A stretch of 63,937 nt of DNA, filler included, from Lenisia limosa (GCA_001655205.1; 10 parts of 10 records of this genome joined end to end with filler, not necessarily neighbours in it), one strand, 5' to 3'; shown: positions 13,620-26,441, numbered from the whole stretch's first letter. Notes: generated by a model from the sequence alone, not told the origin. A program made the numbers and translations.

Positions 13620-16600
13620 NNNNNNNNNNNNNNNNNNNNNNNNNNNNNNNNNNNNNNNNNNNNGGGGGGGGGGTAAATAATGGAAAATGGATGTGGGAGG
13701 AGGGGGGTAAACAGGGATATTAGATTAATCTCCTAATATATATAAATCCCCAGTATCATCCGCTATTCTCCATTACCCACCCAAAGTGTTGCAATAGTAT
13801 ATTACACAATGACCCAATAACAGCACAGGAAGCGGGTATGTCGGAGCAGCGAATACAGTCAGCGCCTCACACATCTTCAGTCCGGATGGCTACGTGGAGG
13901 CAACTGACGGGCCTAATACTGGAGCAACGTGTCTGACTAACTTCTGTGGTGAGGGAGGGGTGCTTTGTTTTATTTAAAAAAAGGTCGAAACAAGAGGGGA
14001 TGGTATCTTTTTCAAATTTCGAATATGATAAAATATTGTTTCCCACTTTGGAAGTTTGAAGTATTTAACGGTTTAATTTTTATTGTCTTACACCATGATT
14101 ACTGTTCAGGATCGTCCAACATTCTGATCTCAGATAAGTACACCTTCCTCACCCACTAAGGCATTGTGTTGCTGATATGTATGTTTTACTTTATTACGCA
14201 GAGTTGTTATAGCTCTGGTAAGTGTCGTTGGTTGTACCTTTTACCTTGTTTTATTACTCATTTCTAAGGGGTGAACCCCTTCCCCTCCCCAAAATCAAAC
14301 TCCTGCAATACCCCTGTTCCAACTACTCAAACAATCCAGTTATCCTCAGCAAAAAAGATTGACTCACAGTGGATATCAGGCCTATCAGGCATATCAGGTG
14401 GATATGATACAAGATATGATGATGATGCTCTTACATAAATACATAAAATTTGAAAACCGATACACAGGTCCAACATGGTTCTAATATCTTATTCTCCATG
14501 CCAGCACTCGCCAGGCACCATTCTTGTAGAAAACGGGAGGGGAAGGCAGAAATTTCACCGAGAATTCACCCACCACTGCCATCCACACATCATCATCATA
14601 TATATATCCGAGGAGATCATATCATTCAGTGTGCATTCAGTGCTAAGTCTCTTCATCACATTCCGACACCCATCAGCCTCCACTCACCTAAACAGTAATC
14701 TACACTCCAAGTCCACCACAAACTCAACAATAATACAAGATGGGTACCCTCGTGTGTATTCTGCTCTTGATGATTGGAGCATCCTTGGCCAACATCAGGT
14801 CTGTGTCAAGGTCAAATATACTGTTGTATTTTTTACCTAAATTCTGTGAAGGAAGGTACATATTTGAAAGTTTATTCTCCCGAAACATGTTAACTCAACA
14901 GAATAATAATATCAAGATTAGTTAGAGATATTATACATGTCTTAATTCAGTTACTCTGTTGTTTGTTAACTTGTTTTTATATTTATACCCCTAGGTATGA
15001 CCGTGCTAACCAGGAAGGTCAACTGATGTCATGTATTAACTAAGTAGAATGGCGTCCTCAGGGTTAGTTGGAGTTTCAGTTGAAACAACTGCAGAATTAT
15101 CGGCTGCAGCAACTGTTTCATCCGTTGCTGACCTGAGTAATGACCTCATGACCACTGTAAGCCAATCTTCCTCTCCCCTCTCCTCCGCCATCTGAACCTG
15201 CCTGGGTCTTACAAATCCGTGGTCGCTGGTCGGCCTGTGGAGCCTCGGGGGGATCAGATGGCTCCTCCCCTCTCCTTCCCTCTACCCCTTCCCTGATTAC
15301 AACACCCATATTTTTTCAATTTTTAATACATGTTGAGTATATCATATGTTGTTGCTATCATAATTACGGTTTGTGTGTGTGGACTTTTTTTGAGCAAAAT
15401 AATAATATCATATAATAGTGCCATATATAATCCAGTGTGGACAGATACAACGTTCTTTTTCTCTCATCTCTATATGATTTATGATATAAGATCGAGGGAG
15501 ACAAAACAAATATATTACCCCCCTAGAAACAGCAATTGGCAGACCTCGAAGCAAGTGTTAATAGCTACAACGGCTCAACTTGTAAGAAATAGAACATAAA
15601 CCTTATTGCTTTTTTTTTCATTAAACAATACTTCGAGCTTTTCTCAGTTAATGTTGACTATGAATACAATACTATAATCCATTATTTCTTATAAGCATGA
15701 TGGTGTGGACGGCTTCGGCCAGATATACAACCTTATTTTTTAATTCCTATTGCAATAGTACATTTAATTGATATATCGAATATTGTAACGATCTTTTAGC
15801 CCTGTTACAATTCCCCTTCCCAAAACAACCACATGTCATTCTTATGAACTCATGATATCACGCATTAGTGTGCTATGGGAAGCCTTCTGGACTGCATACA
15901 GTCAGCATTGGTCCGGTTAGTGGACTTGTTATCTTTATGAGGAGGGTGGTGGTGGACTTTCTTGAAAAAAAGGTTAACTTGTCATTGGAGATGGGTTAAC
16001 TTGTTGTCTATTTTGGTTGTCTTTTTATCCTGATTGAGCGTGGATTTTTATCTTGTTACGAAGGCTTCCCTTTTGTTGTAAAAGGGACAAAATATTGCAT
16101 TATCTTTTTGAATTGGGCTTTTTTTTCAAAGGGCAGAAAATGAAACACAACTGCTCTTATTTTCTAGGAGTCATTTGACGTTGTTTGTGATAACAGCATT
16201 GCTGATGGCTGGATGCTTGTGTACCAAACTGGCACTGTTCATGGTATGAAGACTTCTCGACACCAGTAGTAATTAGAGCTTCACTTTGGTCCGAATAATC
16301 CTGGTAAAATATCGACAGTTTTCGAGGATTACTCGAGAAATTCAGCCTTTTTCGGACCAAAGTGAAGTTTTAATAATAATTTGATCATATCTGGGATGGA
16401 AGCCGCATACCTTGAAGCTATTACTTTGATTTTATGACCGACTTTCGAGTCGAAATATTGAAAGAAGATTGTATGAGGGTCATTGAAACTTCAGGCAATT
16501 GTCACACAAGAGATATTAAATAGCTGGGTGATACTTCATGCTTGACCCAAACATGACTTTCATAAAGAGGCTCTCACCATCCAGCGGACTCTAGACCCCT

Positions 16601-16737
16601 GTTTAAAGCGCCTACGGATTCAAGTGACGCAGTTCTTGGCAAAACGTACTGGTGTGGATGGCAAATAGCTGTCGCCATCGGGAAATACCAGTAAGCGCTC
16701 CCCCTCGCCTTCACTCCCCTCTTTTTTTTGTCATTGT

Positions 16738-16836
16738 TAGGGCTTCCCTACGGTCCCAAAAAAACCAAATCTCCCGATAAATCCTCGATAAATATCTAAA
16801 TTTAAACGGTCTCTTTCGGACCGCAGGGAAACCCTA
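16738..16836. mobile_element. hAT-type MITE, subfamily B (TIR TAGGGCTTCCCTACGGTCC..), 99 bp
   Basis: Inverted termini with a perfect 8-bp TSD GTCATTGT (16730-16737 / 16837-16844). Other B copies at 44943-45042, 47792-47875 (TSD 7/8) and 49688-49769, with partial copies near 46160-46196 and 34130-34200. Confidence 0.85.
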
Positions 16837-18129
16837 GTCATTGTATTCGATGTTCTTCTGTTATATGTTTGTGTTGGGGGGGGGGGGGGNNNNNNNNNNN
16901 NNNNNNNNNNNNNNNNNNNNNNNNNNNNNNNNNNNNNNNNNNNNNNNNATCGTTTCATTTCGCCCAAATATTTATTGTTCAAATAATTCATGATAAATCT
17001 TTGATAAATATCGATCACGGTCTTTTTTGAATGCTGACAAGTCCAAATTATCTTACAGTAGCCATGGTAAGTCCTAATCGTATCATGGTTTTAAAAAAGA
17101 ATTCAAATTGGAAGTCTAGACTTGACGAAAAAAGAGTTGCACTTGACGGGGTAAAAAAAATACTGAGAACACAAAAATAATGTATTTAAACAGCTGCTCG
17201 GAATCCGACTCTCGGAAAACAGTTGGAAGTATCCTCGATCATGTACCTTAACACGTTTGGAGTTGTGTGGTAGTCAGGACACTTCTCCGTCACTCGTTGA
17301 ATACGTGTTACAACAAAACAGGGGAAACCTTGGAAAGCCGATCCTTGATTGTTTTTTCCCCAAGAGGTTGGGAAGAGAACAAGGAACATTGCGGCGGCAA
17401 AGCCTTGTGGGGGATTGGGAGAAATTAGTTGTCCATTTTTGGATGAGAGGCCAATACAAGGCCTTTCACAGTTGTACGTACGCCAAACTTGACAGGGCAT
17501 GGATGAGCTCATCCGAGGCAAGGTAGGAAGGAGACACAACGAATACCTCCCGCTCTAGCATTGTATTGAAGACGTCATCACGGCATTTTTCAGAAATCAG
17601 TAATAATTATTGGAGGGAGTGAACACAGTATTATAAATCAACAATTTCCTTATAGGTTTCAATGTCGCCTGAAATAAGGGCAGTAGAACTTTGAATGTCG
17701 TAAAATTTGGTTTAAATTCTGTTCATTACTTGCGAATTTGTTTTTTTTTTTTTGCTAAATTAGAAGATAAAGTAAAATTTTCTTGTCTTTCATTTTGCTT
17801 AATATTTGTTGTTTTTATCTCATTTGGACCAGTGGATTGATGTTATTTCTAGTATTAAGAAGACAGTCTCTGATCTCACAATAGTGTTTCGGATTTTTTT
17901 TAAAAAATAAAAAACTAAAGTTGAAGGATTGGAAAAGGCTTGAAAAGTTGAAGTGGTCCCGTGTACTCGACCCTTCAGATAAATTGATCAAGGCTTATCA
18001 CGTCAGTTTTTACATAGTAGTTTGTATTCTTTTGCAACTTGAGATTATATTCAGTATATTATGGTATAATAGTATTTTTCCCAGAATAGTATGAGTTTGG
18101 TTTTTTTCCAACCGGTAAAATCTCAAAAT

Positions 18130-19060
18130 TCTTCAAACTAGGTTTTTTACGTCTTGCAGACCAGTCCACGATGTGTTGGTGCTTCGAGGGGATGGGAAGT
18201 ATTTCACTATCCGTGCTCCCATCTTTCCCTCAGGAACCTTCCCAGGGTTCACCCACGAGGCAAAACAGAAAGTGATAGGTATGGTCTTGGAGTTAGAGCT
18301 TTACTTTCGATCCCAAAAGACATGTCATATATTTCAAGAATTTGAATTCAGTCTTTTTTGGAACCGAAAGAAAGGCTCCAGTTGGAATGCTAATCATATT
18401 ATGGTATCGTTGAAATATGATGTCAACTGTCAATAGCTCTCTATAATATCCCTGCATTGTCTCCAACTCTTTAGTCGAATCAAGCGGTGGAGTTCTGGGA
18501 AAGTTTTATTTTGGAATCAGCTCGGACCCAAGACAGACTTACGATAGTGGCGAAATTGGAGTGTCTGCAACCCCTTTCGAGTACCACTATAAGTAGGTAG
18601 TGTCAGACATATCAGCTGTAAACCTCCAGGGGAGTAATTATTAATTAATATATAAACTCACTTTCCATATTAATACGGGGTTGCTCATTCAACATTGATG
18701 AGATGTAATTGACATGGGGTGGAAGGATCGGGTACGAAAACAATTGGTAAGCTATCGAAATATATCGATGATTTATCGAGAAATTCAGTCGTTTTCTGGA
18801 CGGAGTAACTTTGTATTAGTCATTATTACCATTGAACTAACTTTTTAGTGCGTATTTCATCCAAGGCTCATGCATAGATTGCCTGCTTTGGTCTTATAAC
18901 GACTCTCTGGAACATGCTAGTAGGAGAGCATTCATTGCGATTACTCTCAAGGCTATGGCTGTACTCATACCTGGGAAGACTGGACGTCGTCTTCTTGTAG
19001 CAAATCTTCAACTGACACATATCAATTCTTCATTCGGCCGGTGTTACTCTAAATCTCTAA
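18130..19060 (+). CDS. Hypothetical multi-exon coding region (fragment)
   Basis: GT-AG bounded open segments (..VLVLRGDGKYFTIRAPIFPSGTFPGFTHEAKQKVI.., ..ESSGGVLGKFYFGISSDPRQTYDSGEIGVSATPFEYHYK..). No family recognised. Confidence 0.3.
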
Positions 19061-19860
19061 ATTCCTATAAATTTTCTCAATATTGCTTTTGCGTTTTTTC
19101 ATGCTCTTTTGAAAGCGAAGAATAAAAGTAACATCTTGGAATAGGATACTTTCACGCCCTCACGCAAAGGGGGGTCACTCCCAGTAAATGTTACACCACC
19201 ACACACCAGCCAAATTTTTTTCATAGCACAATCACACCAGCCAATTTTTTTTCATAGCACCATCACTCTAGCCAATTATTCCAGATACCAAGACTACCAA
19301 CAAAAAAAAGACCGCAGACTGACCGACAGAAGATGAATTTGTGTCAGAGTTGTGTGGTGTATTTCCCGGAAAAGCAGTTACTATCATATAACTGGTCCAT
19401 TTTGCCATTTTGATGGGTTTTATTTCGAGGAGGAAGGAGAAACGTCATAGAAAAACAAAGTCCGGACTGGATCGAATTCCCGAAAAATTTGTTCAAAAAT
19501 AAGACAGAAACTTCCTACTTTAGGTTAAAAAAACAAAAAAACAAAGTAAAATATTCTTATTCATCCATCTAGGGGTTGTCTAGGGTACGGCAGGCAGACA
19601 TGGAATTAAAAACACCTGGGTTTGCGTTAAGGTTCACCAGCAAAATACCATACAGTGGCACATTTCCTGGGAGTGACCCCCCCCCCTGCCCTCACGCCTT
19701 CAACACACCTTAATAAGGTTGTAATAAAGCAGTACTAAAGGGGAGGGAGGAAGGGCAAAGGGGCGGTGTCGGGGGGGATGGCAACTATCCGTTTCACCAC
19801 CTTGATTTTGATATTTATAAACTGGTAAAAAAATGCGCGCGGAAGTATTGAAAGAGCATA

Positions 19861-20768
19861 ATGACGCTACTAGCCTTATTAATTACTTGTCTGCTTATCA
19901 GCGTTGCCCAAGCGGCCAACCCCCAATACCCTGCCCAGTTTTCGTGTACCTGTCATCGCGAAACGGAGGACAGACATGGCAAAATCAAGAAGGATGCGCC
20001 TTACAACCTCTGGTTCGACTCAGTCAACGACAGAGAGGCTCAGGACGGAATTCAGGTTCAGTTTCTCCACCCTCTTCGCCTTTCTCACCCTTCTTAGGCC
20101 GCTTATCTTGGAAAGAACGTGACTGTTATAAGAGTGAGAGGGGACCGACTTCCACATTCCTGACATGCTTCATATTATCATCAAAGCCACCTGTCAAATG
20201 TCAATCAAGTCAATGGGAATGATCACCGGATACACAAATATAAGACCATTATCTAAAGATGCAAGAGAACAATAGCAATGTTCAGCCTTATGAAATGCAT
20301 CATGAACGCTGTATTATTGCTGATCCATGGCAGAACCTCCCCACCATATATTTGAAGTGTTTGTCCTTTTTAGGGGAATTTACCCGACCTATGAAGCTTT
20401 TTATCAATAAATTAATGCCATATACCCAAATACCTTGGAGCTGAGGAATAAAACAAGGTGGTAGTATTTATGTCATTATATATCATATCATATTTATTAT
20501 TCGTCTTAAAATGTTTAATACAACTGTAAGGAAAAATGTAATAGAAATGCGGATAATGCTCTATGTGACATGAATTCCTTTCTGTCAGGCAATATTGCTC
20601 TTTTCTCAAACCATGGTCTAAAATCAATGTTTCCTTCGCTTTACCTAGCCTGGGCTTGTAATCAACCCTTGTGTCTTGTCAGCCAACAGAGTTAATTTGG
20701 GCTTTTTGTTCTATAAATTTTCCAATTTTACCCCCCCCCCTCAGAACAAGGACTTTGGTCTTGCCAAC
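19861..20768 (+). CDS. Secreted protein, possibly ependymin-related-like (3' incomplete)
   Basis: Signal peptide MTLLALLITCLLISVAQA is followed by NPQYPAQFSCTC..YNLWFDSVNDREAQDG. The PxxPxQF and WxDxxNxR pattern is reminiscent of ependymin-related proteins, but the family call is tentative. Confidence 0.4.
20650..20744 (+). mobile_element. Acceptor-forming intronic repeat (family 3), only copy with both ends outside gaps and ending at the splice AG
   Basis: CTGGGCTT..CAACCCTTGTGT..GTCAGCCAACAGAGTT..TTTGGG..ATAAATTTTCCAATTTTAC(C)10TCAG. Reverse-complement copies at 22617-22729, 22991-23050, 45427-45479, 49284-49344, 51202-51301, 52134-52229 and 54829-54859, with a diverged copy at about 55297-55400. 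Confidence 0.8.
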
Positions 20769-21715
20769 NNNNNNNNNNNNNNNNNNNNNNNNNNNNNNNN
20801 NNNNNNNNNNNNTTAATTAATTAANNNNNNNNNNNNNNNNNNNNNNNNNNNNNNNNNNNNNNNNNNNNGGGGTGCGTGTATAAAAAAGTGTGTAATATGT
20901 GTGTGTGCGTGTGGGATCTCCTTGGGAGAGGGGAGGGATACGAAGGAACTTTTGATGTTAAAGAGTTGTCAGAAGACTGGAATGTCCGAGAAAAACATCT
21001 CTTCCAGAATCTTTCCGTTTGAGTATTAATCATGCAATAATGCAAACTCAGATCCCCACTCCCCACAAGTCCACAATCAACAGTCGATATTCATCACTGC
21101 CCAAACCAATACATAATATTGATATGTATATTTATGGAACGCGGAAGTATGGTAACTTGTTTGTGGTCTTACTATGTAATATTTATTAGTTTTCATAGAT
21201 TTCTCTTGTGTATATTCATATGTATAAATGAAATTATTTTTCCTGTTCAAACTAGAATGATAACTACGTATTATTATTATGTGCACAGAGCTGTAAGGCA
21301 AATGATTGGGTGAATTAATATTATACTATAATCCAATGTCTCTTATAAGCGGGATGGTGTGGACGGCTTCGGTCAGATACAACCTTATTTTTTAATTTCT
21401 CATTATATTATATTCGTAACACAGTACATTCGGTATTTGATACAAACTCACCCCCCCCCCACAAGTCCACACATCGACATTCATCGATATTCGTCACAGC
21501 TGGACGGTCTGTTATTCTCCTGAGGCCACAGTATTGACAGTAAGCCGTGGGAACGTACCACTCAGGTTGGTAGTAATTCCTTGGGGAAAGGGGAAGTGAG
21601 AGGAATGAAGGTGATTGTTTCTCGAGGGGGAGGGGGGTCACAAGAGCCCTGAATACTCCGCAGGAACAAGCCCTCACAAAATAACAACAAAATATAAAAC
21701 GCTGAAATAGCACAA

Positions 21716-21795
21716 ATTAACACTGGAATGACACTGAAATAACACTGGAATGACACTGAAATAACACTGGAATGACACTGAAATAACACTAAAAT
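21716..21795. repeat. 22-bp tandem repeat (AACACTGGAATGACACTGAAAT), about 3.5 copies
   Basis: Unit directly visible three times plus a partial copy. Confidence 0.85.
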
Positions 21796-22514
21796 AACCC
21801 TGAAATCCGCCCACAATGGACAAGGCGAACACGCCACGGTCGCGGAACTGTAGTCATAAACCCAGNNNNNNNNNNNNNNNNNNNNNNNNNNNNNNNNNNN
21901 NNNNNNNNNNNNNNNNNNNNNNNNNNNNNNNNNNNNNNNNNNNNNNNNNNNNNNNNNNNNNNNNNNNNNNNNNNNNNNNNNNNACTCTATTGACTGTGGT
22001 ATAATATAGTTTATTATAATATACTAGTACACAATATAATATGATATATAGTACATAATTTAGTTTATAATATAGTAGTAAAAATATCATATACTAGTGC
22101 ACCCCCCTCCCCTCTCCACACAAAAGTATACATAGTATATTTTTTACTCTCTCTCCCACCAGCACATAATATACCATGAGGAAAAATAAAATATAGATGT
22201 ATCTGGCCGAAACCGTCCACACCATCGCAGTTATAAGAGCTATTTTTTTTTATATATAGCAGTGAGAAATAAAAAAGAAGGATGTATCTAGCCGAAGCGT
22301 CCACATAATCACGCTTATAAGAGATAATATATCGTATTAAGTATTATTTATATTTTGAGCATTGAGGAATAGAAATAAGGATGTATCTCACACCATCACG
22401 CTTATAAGAGATAGCTATTGGATTATAGTTAATATTACATATACTATATCATATAATTAATATATTAGATATATACTACATATGTATATATAGTAAAAAT
22501 TCCACCCCTCCTAC

Positions 22515-25236
22515 CAGCAGGTGTCCGGAAGAAACCGGAATCATAGTGGGCGGGCAGTAGCAGGTCGAGAATGGGAGGGCTTCGGGGATGCTCGAAATGT
22601 TCACTCCTGGCCATGACTGGGGGAGGGGGGAGTAAATTGGAAAATTTACGAAACAAAAATGACCCAAAGCAACTCTGTTGGCTGACAACACACAAGGGTT
22701 GATAACAGCAAAACAAACAAAGCCCAGGCNNNNNNNNNNNNNNNNNNNNNNNNNNNNNNNNNNNNNNNNNNNNNNNNNNNNNNNNNNNNNNNNNNNNNNN
22801 NNNNNNNNNNNNNNNNNNNNNNNNNNNNNNNNNNNNNNNNNNNNNNNNGATCAAAACTCCCACTATGATATCACTATGCAAATCCCCCCTCTTCCCACCA
22901 GTGCAAGAGCGTCCGAAATAGTGCCATCAGCCACCGCATGCGCCTTCGAGGTCTATGGAAGGGGAGATAACAGGGAATATAATGAGACATTGGGAGTAAA
23001 TTGGAAATTTATGAAATAAAAAAGCCCAAAATCAGCTCTGCTGACTCTGGAAAAAAATAAAATAAATAACAGGGAATATAATGAGGGAGAAACGGTATGG
23101 GTCGGGAGGTATACGGGGGGGGGGGTCCACTCGATATTCTATCATTTTTCTATTGCACCCCGGACTGGAGCTGTCCTGATACCATGGGAATGTGTATAGG
23201 TTCCGGTTTATTCGATTAATATATCGAAAATATACACGATAATAATAAATTGAGGAGCGTGGGCGCGGAGGTATGGTAATTTGTTTATGGTATCCCCATG
23301 TATTTATTTGTTTCCCTAGATTTCTAATGTATATTATTGCTCTTAAAAAATAAAATAAAATCAACGTCTATTTGGTGGATGGAGAGGAGTATGTCCCTGC
23401 TAGAGTTTTCGTTAACAATCCTACCGCCAAACAGCGTGAGAAAAAAGTGAGTGTTTTTGAATTCCCTCTATTTATTCATCGGAATAGACTTTGTTTTTTA
23501 ATTCAAGGGCTCTCGGTCGAAGTGAAGTGGAACACCCATTGGGACAAATTGGCAGAATTCAAGACGAAAGGACCCAAAGAGGAGATGAGAGGGTTAGAGA
23601 CAGCATTGAGGACTCAGTTGTTAAGTGACTGTTTTTCGAGTGNNNNNNNNNNNNNNNNNNNNNNNNNNNNNNNNNNNNNNNNNNNNNNNNNNNNNNNNNN
23701 NNNNNNNNNNNNNNNNNNNNNNNNNNNNNNNNNNNNNNNNNNNNNNNNNNNNNNNNNNNNNNNNNNNNNNNNNNNNNNNNNNNNTGGACAAAAATATAAT
23801 GATCTTGGGGGGAGGGTAAGATGGGTAGGGAAAGTCCAAATGGGGAAGATTAGTCTAAGGATAAAAAGAAACTACATAAAACTTCCGCCAACAATATTCA
23901 GCGGCAAGTATTTGGGGTGTGTGCTGGAGGAGNNNNNNNNNNNNNNNNNNNNNNNNNNNNNNNNNNNNNNNNNNNNNNNNNNNNNNNNNNNNNNNNNNNN
24001 NNNNNNNNNNNNNNNNNNNNNNNNNNNNNNNNNNNNNNNNNNNNNNNNNNNNNNNNNNNNNNNNNNNNNNNNNNNNNNNNNNNNNNNNNNNNNNNNNNNN
24101 NNNNNNNNNNNNNNNNNNNNNNNNNNNNNNNNNNNNNNNNNNNNNNNNNAGCAATACAAAAAACTAATTATTTTTTTACTCCCCCCCCCCCCACCTTCCG
24201 AAAAACAGTAGTTGCACGACTCTACGCTGTTAACAGACTCGTATTCTCGACCTAGTGAGGGATTAGGAGGATGAAAAATATAATACACATAAAATATAAA
24301 TAGTATATCATATACAATGACCGGGATAAGTCTTCACCAATTTTCCTTAATCAAATGGCAAATCGGTCAAGACTTATCCCAATCACTATACTATATCATG
24401 GTATGATACATATGATACATATATATCGATATGTATAATATGTATACATAAAATATAACATATGATACAATATATTTATGTATGTATGTATACTTGTAGC
24501 TATATCACATGAAGCCTTAGTCGCTCACCTTTTCCACACACACAGACAAGGAGACCTGGTTGGGATGTAATATAGCCCTAAGGGGTGAGAAAGTGAAAAA
24601 AAAAAAAAAAAAAAANNNNNNNNNNNNNNNNNNNNNNNNNNNNNNNNNNNNNNNNNNNNNNNNNNNNNNNNNNNNNNNNNNNNNNNNNNNNNNNNNNNNN
24701 NNNNNNNNNNNNNNNNNNNNNNNNNNNNNNNNNNNNNNNNNNNNNNNNNNNNNNNNNNNTGCGTCTTGACCGATTTTTCTTGGAAAATTACATAGCAAAT
24801 CGGTCATGACTTATCACGGTCACCGTATAGCAATGAGAAATAAAAACAAGGTTGTTGTATCTGGACGAGGCCGTCCACACCATCACGCTTATGCGTATCA
24901 GTAGAAGAACACCATTACGCGATTAAGAGATATTAGACCTCCACAGCTTCCAACAATCCATATACTATATGTATGATGTATGATGTATATGATATGTTGT
25001 TCTTGTGATATTTAGATACTATACATTCATATTTTTAACAAGGGCTTCACTTCGTTTCGAAAAAAGACGGAATTTCTCGATAATTTTACCGGTCTTTTTA
25101 GAACCGAAGTGAAGCCCTACAACCCCCACCTCCAATCCGCCTTCGATCATTTCATGGCACTTCTTGACGGTGATGGGGGTGCCTTGAACGCTCGGAATTG
25201 AGAGGTCTAATTCGGAGAGGGTTACTCTGAATGATA
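22515..25236 (-). CDS. Hypothetical multi-exon gene fragments (minus strand, gap-riddled)
   Basis: AG/GT bounded open exons near 25130-25236 (VSFRVTLSELDLSIPSVQGTPITVKKCHEMIEGGLE), 22897-22953 and 22515-22616. It is not certain that they belong to one gene. Confidence 0.3.
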
Positions 25237-25356
25237 CCTAGAGGGGGGGGGGGGGGNNNNNNNNNNNNNNNNNNNNNNNNNNNNNNNNNNNNNNNNNNNN
25301 TTAATTAATTAANNNNNNNNNNNNNNNNNNNNNNNNNNNNNNNNNNNNNNNNNNNN

Positions 25357-25770
25357 GTCTGTAATGCCCCTTGTTACTGCCACACCAATGGTACTGTAGT
25401 GTCCCTTGCCTGCCACACCAAGGGTACTGTAATGTACTTGTTATTCCCTTGTGTATTTTTTTTGTCTGTAATGTCTCTTGTTACTCCCTGCCACACCAAG
25501 GGTACTGTAATGTCCCCCCTTGTTACTCCCTGCCACACCAAGGTTCTGTAATGTCCCTTGTTACTCCCTGCCACACCAAGGGTCGTCTGTAATGCCCCTT
25601 GTTACTGCCACACCAAGGGCACAGTTATTACCAGTGTCCCTTGCCTGCCACACCAATTCTGTAATGTCCCTTGTTATTCCCTGCCACACCAATTCTGTAA
25701 TGTCCCTTGTTATTCCCTGCCACACAAAGGGCACAGTAATGTCCCTTGTTACTCCCGTAATGTCCCTTCA
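25357..25770. repeat. Minisatellite, unit about 40 bp (CTGTAATGTCCCTTGTTACTCCCTGCCACACCAAGGGTA), roughly 10 degenerate copies
   Basis: Repeated TCCCTTGTTA(C/T)TCCCTGCCACACCAA blocks at the scaffold start. The overlapping ORFs in the track are by-products of the repeat. Confidence 0.9.
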
Positions 25771-26441
25771 CCAACAGCGATGTACATGTTTAGGCATTAC
25801 AATAAAATATAGTGTACTCCTAGAACCTTAACCCTAGAGTCTCGCCAGCGTAACAACATTGTGTTATTGTATTCTATTAACAACAAACTGCCTACTTAAA
25901 TAATTATTAAAAAAAACAGTATGTTGTTTGATTTATATAAGTAGGAAGTTTGTTGTTAATTGAAGGTTGAATATTTATATAAGTTTTTGAAAAGTTTTAA
26001 AAAGTTTTGATAGGAAAAAATAACTCAATACAATAGTGAAACTACATACTATATTTGTCAATAAAACTAAAACTACATATTGTATTGTGATATACATATT
26101 ACAATAGATTTATAGAGAATAAATCACTTTGTCATAAGTGTTATTTATTTTTGAACTTCTAAAATGATTTTATTGATATTTGATATTGTAAATCGTTTTA
26201 TACACAAACTATATATAAATTTTACACCAAATTATTTTATTTAAAAACATATTCTTTGTTGTGTAGTCTATTTTAAAAATATCTCTATTTCTATTGCAAA
26301 TCCGCTACTGATTTATATTTCGGAAATTTCTCAATCACCTGTATAAAAAGACCACCCTCTACCTACCGTAATACATAGTGATTGACATTTAATCTGAGTC
26401 ACATAACTTAGGATGAAAACTGTGTTGAAGTTCTAAATAGA

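Noticed and set aside
13564-13663. Recurrent TTAATTAATTAA palindrome as a biological motif
   Set aside because: It is always embedded in fixed-length N runs, so it is an artificial contig linker.
17186-17539. Overlapping 89-117 aa ORFs as a transposase fragment
   Set aside because: No DDE, RT or integrase motif is recognisable and the coding strand could not be determined.
20452-20751. 7-bp direct repeat AACAAGG at both ends of a putative intron (Introner-style TSD)
   Set aside because: A plausible extra exon (GNIALFSNH, about 20589-20615) lies between them and no other intron shows such a pair, so it is probably chance.
23372-24288. Long ORFs (up to 279 aa) in the ORF track
   Set aside because: They are mostly X residues read through N gaps. 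The same applies to ORFs at 40468-41038, 48710-49555 and 49792-50178.
25357-25770. Possible CRISPR array
   Set aside because: The units are contiguous degenerate repeats without unique spacers, the context is eukaryotic and no cas genes are present.
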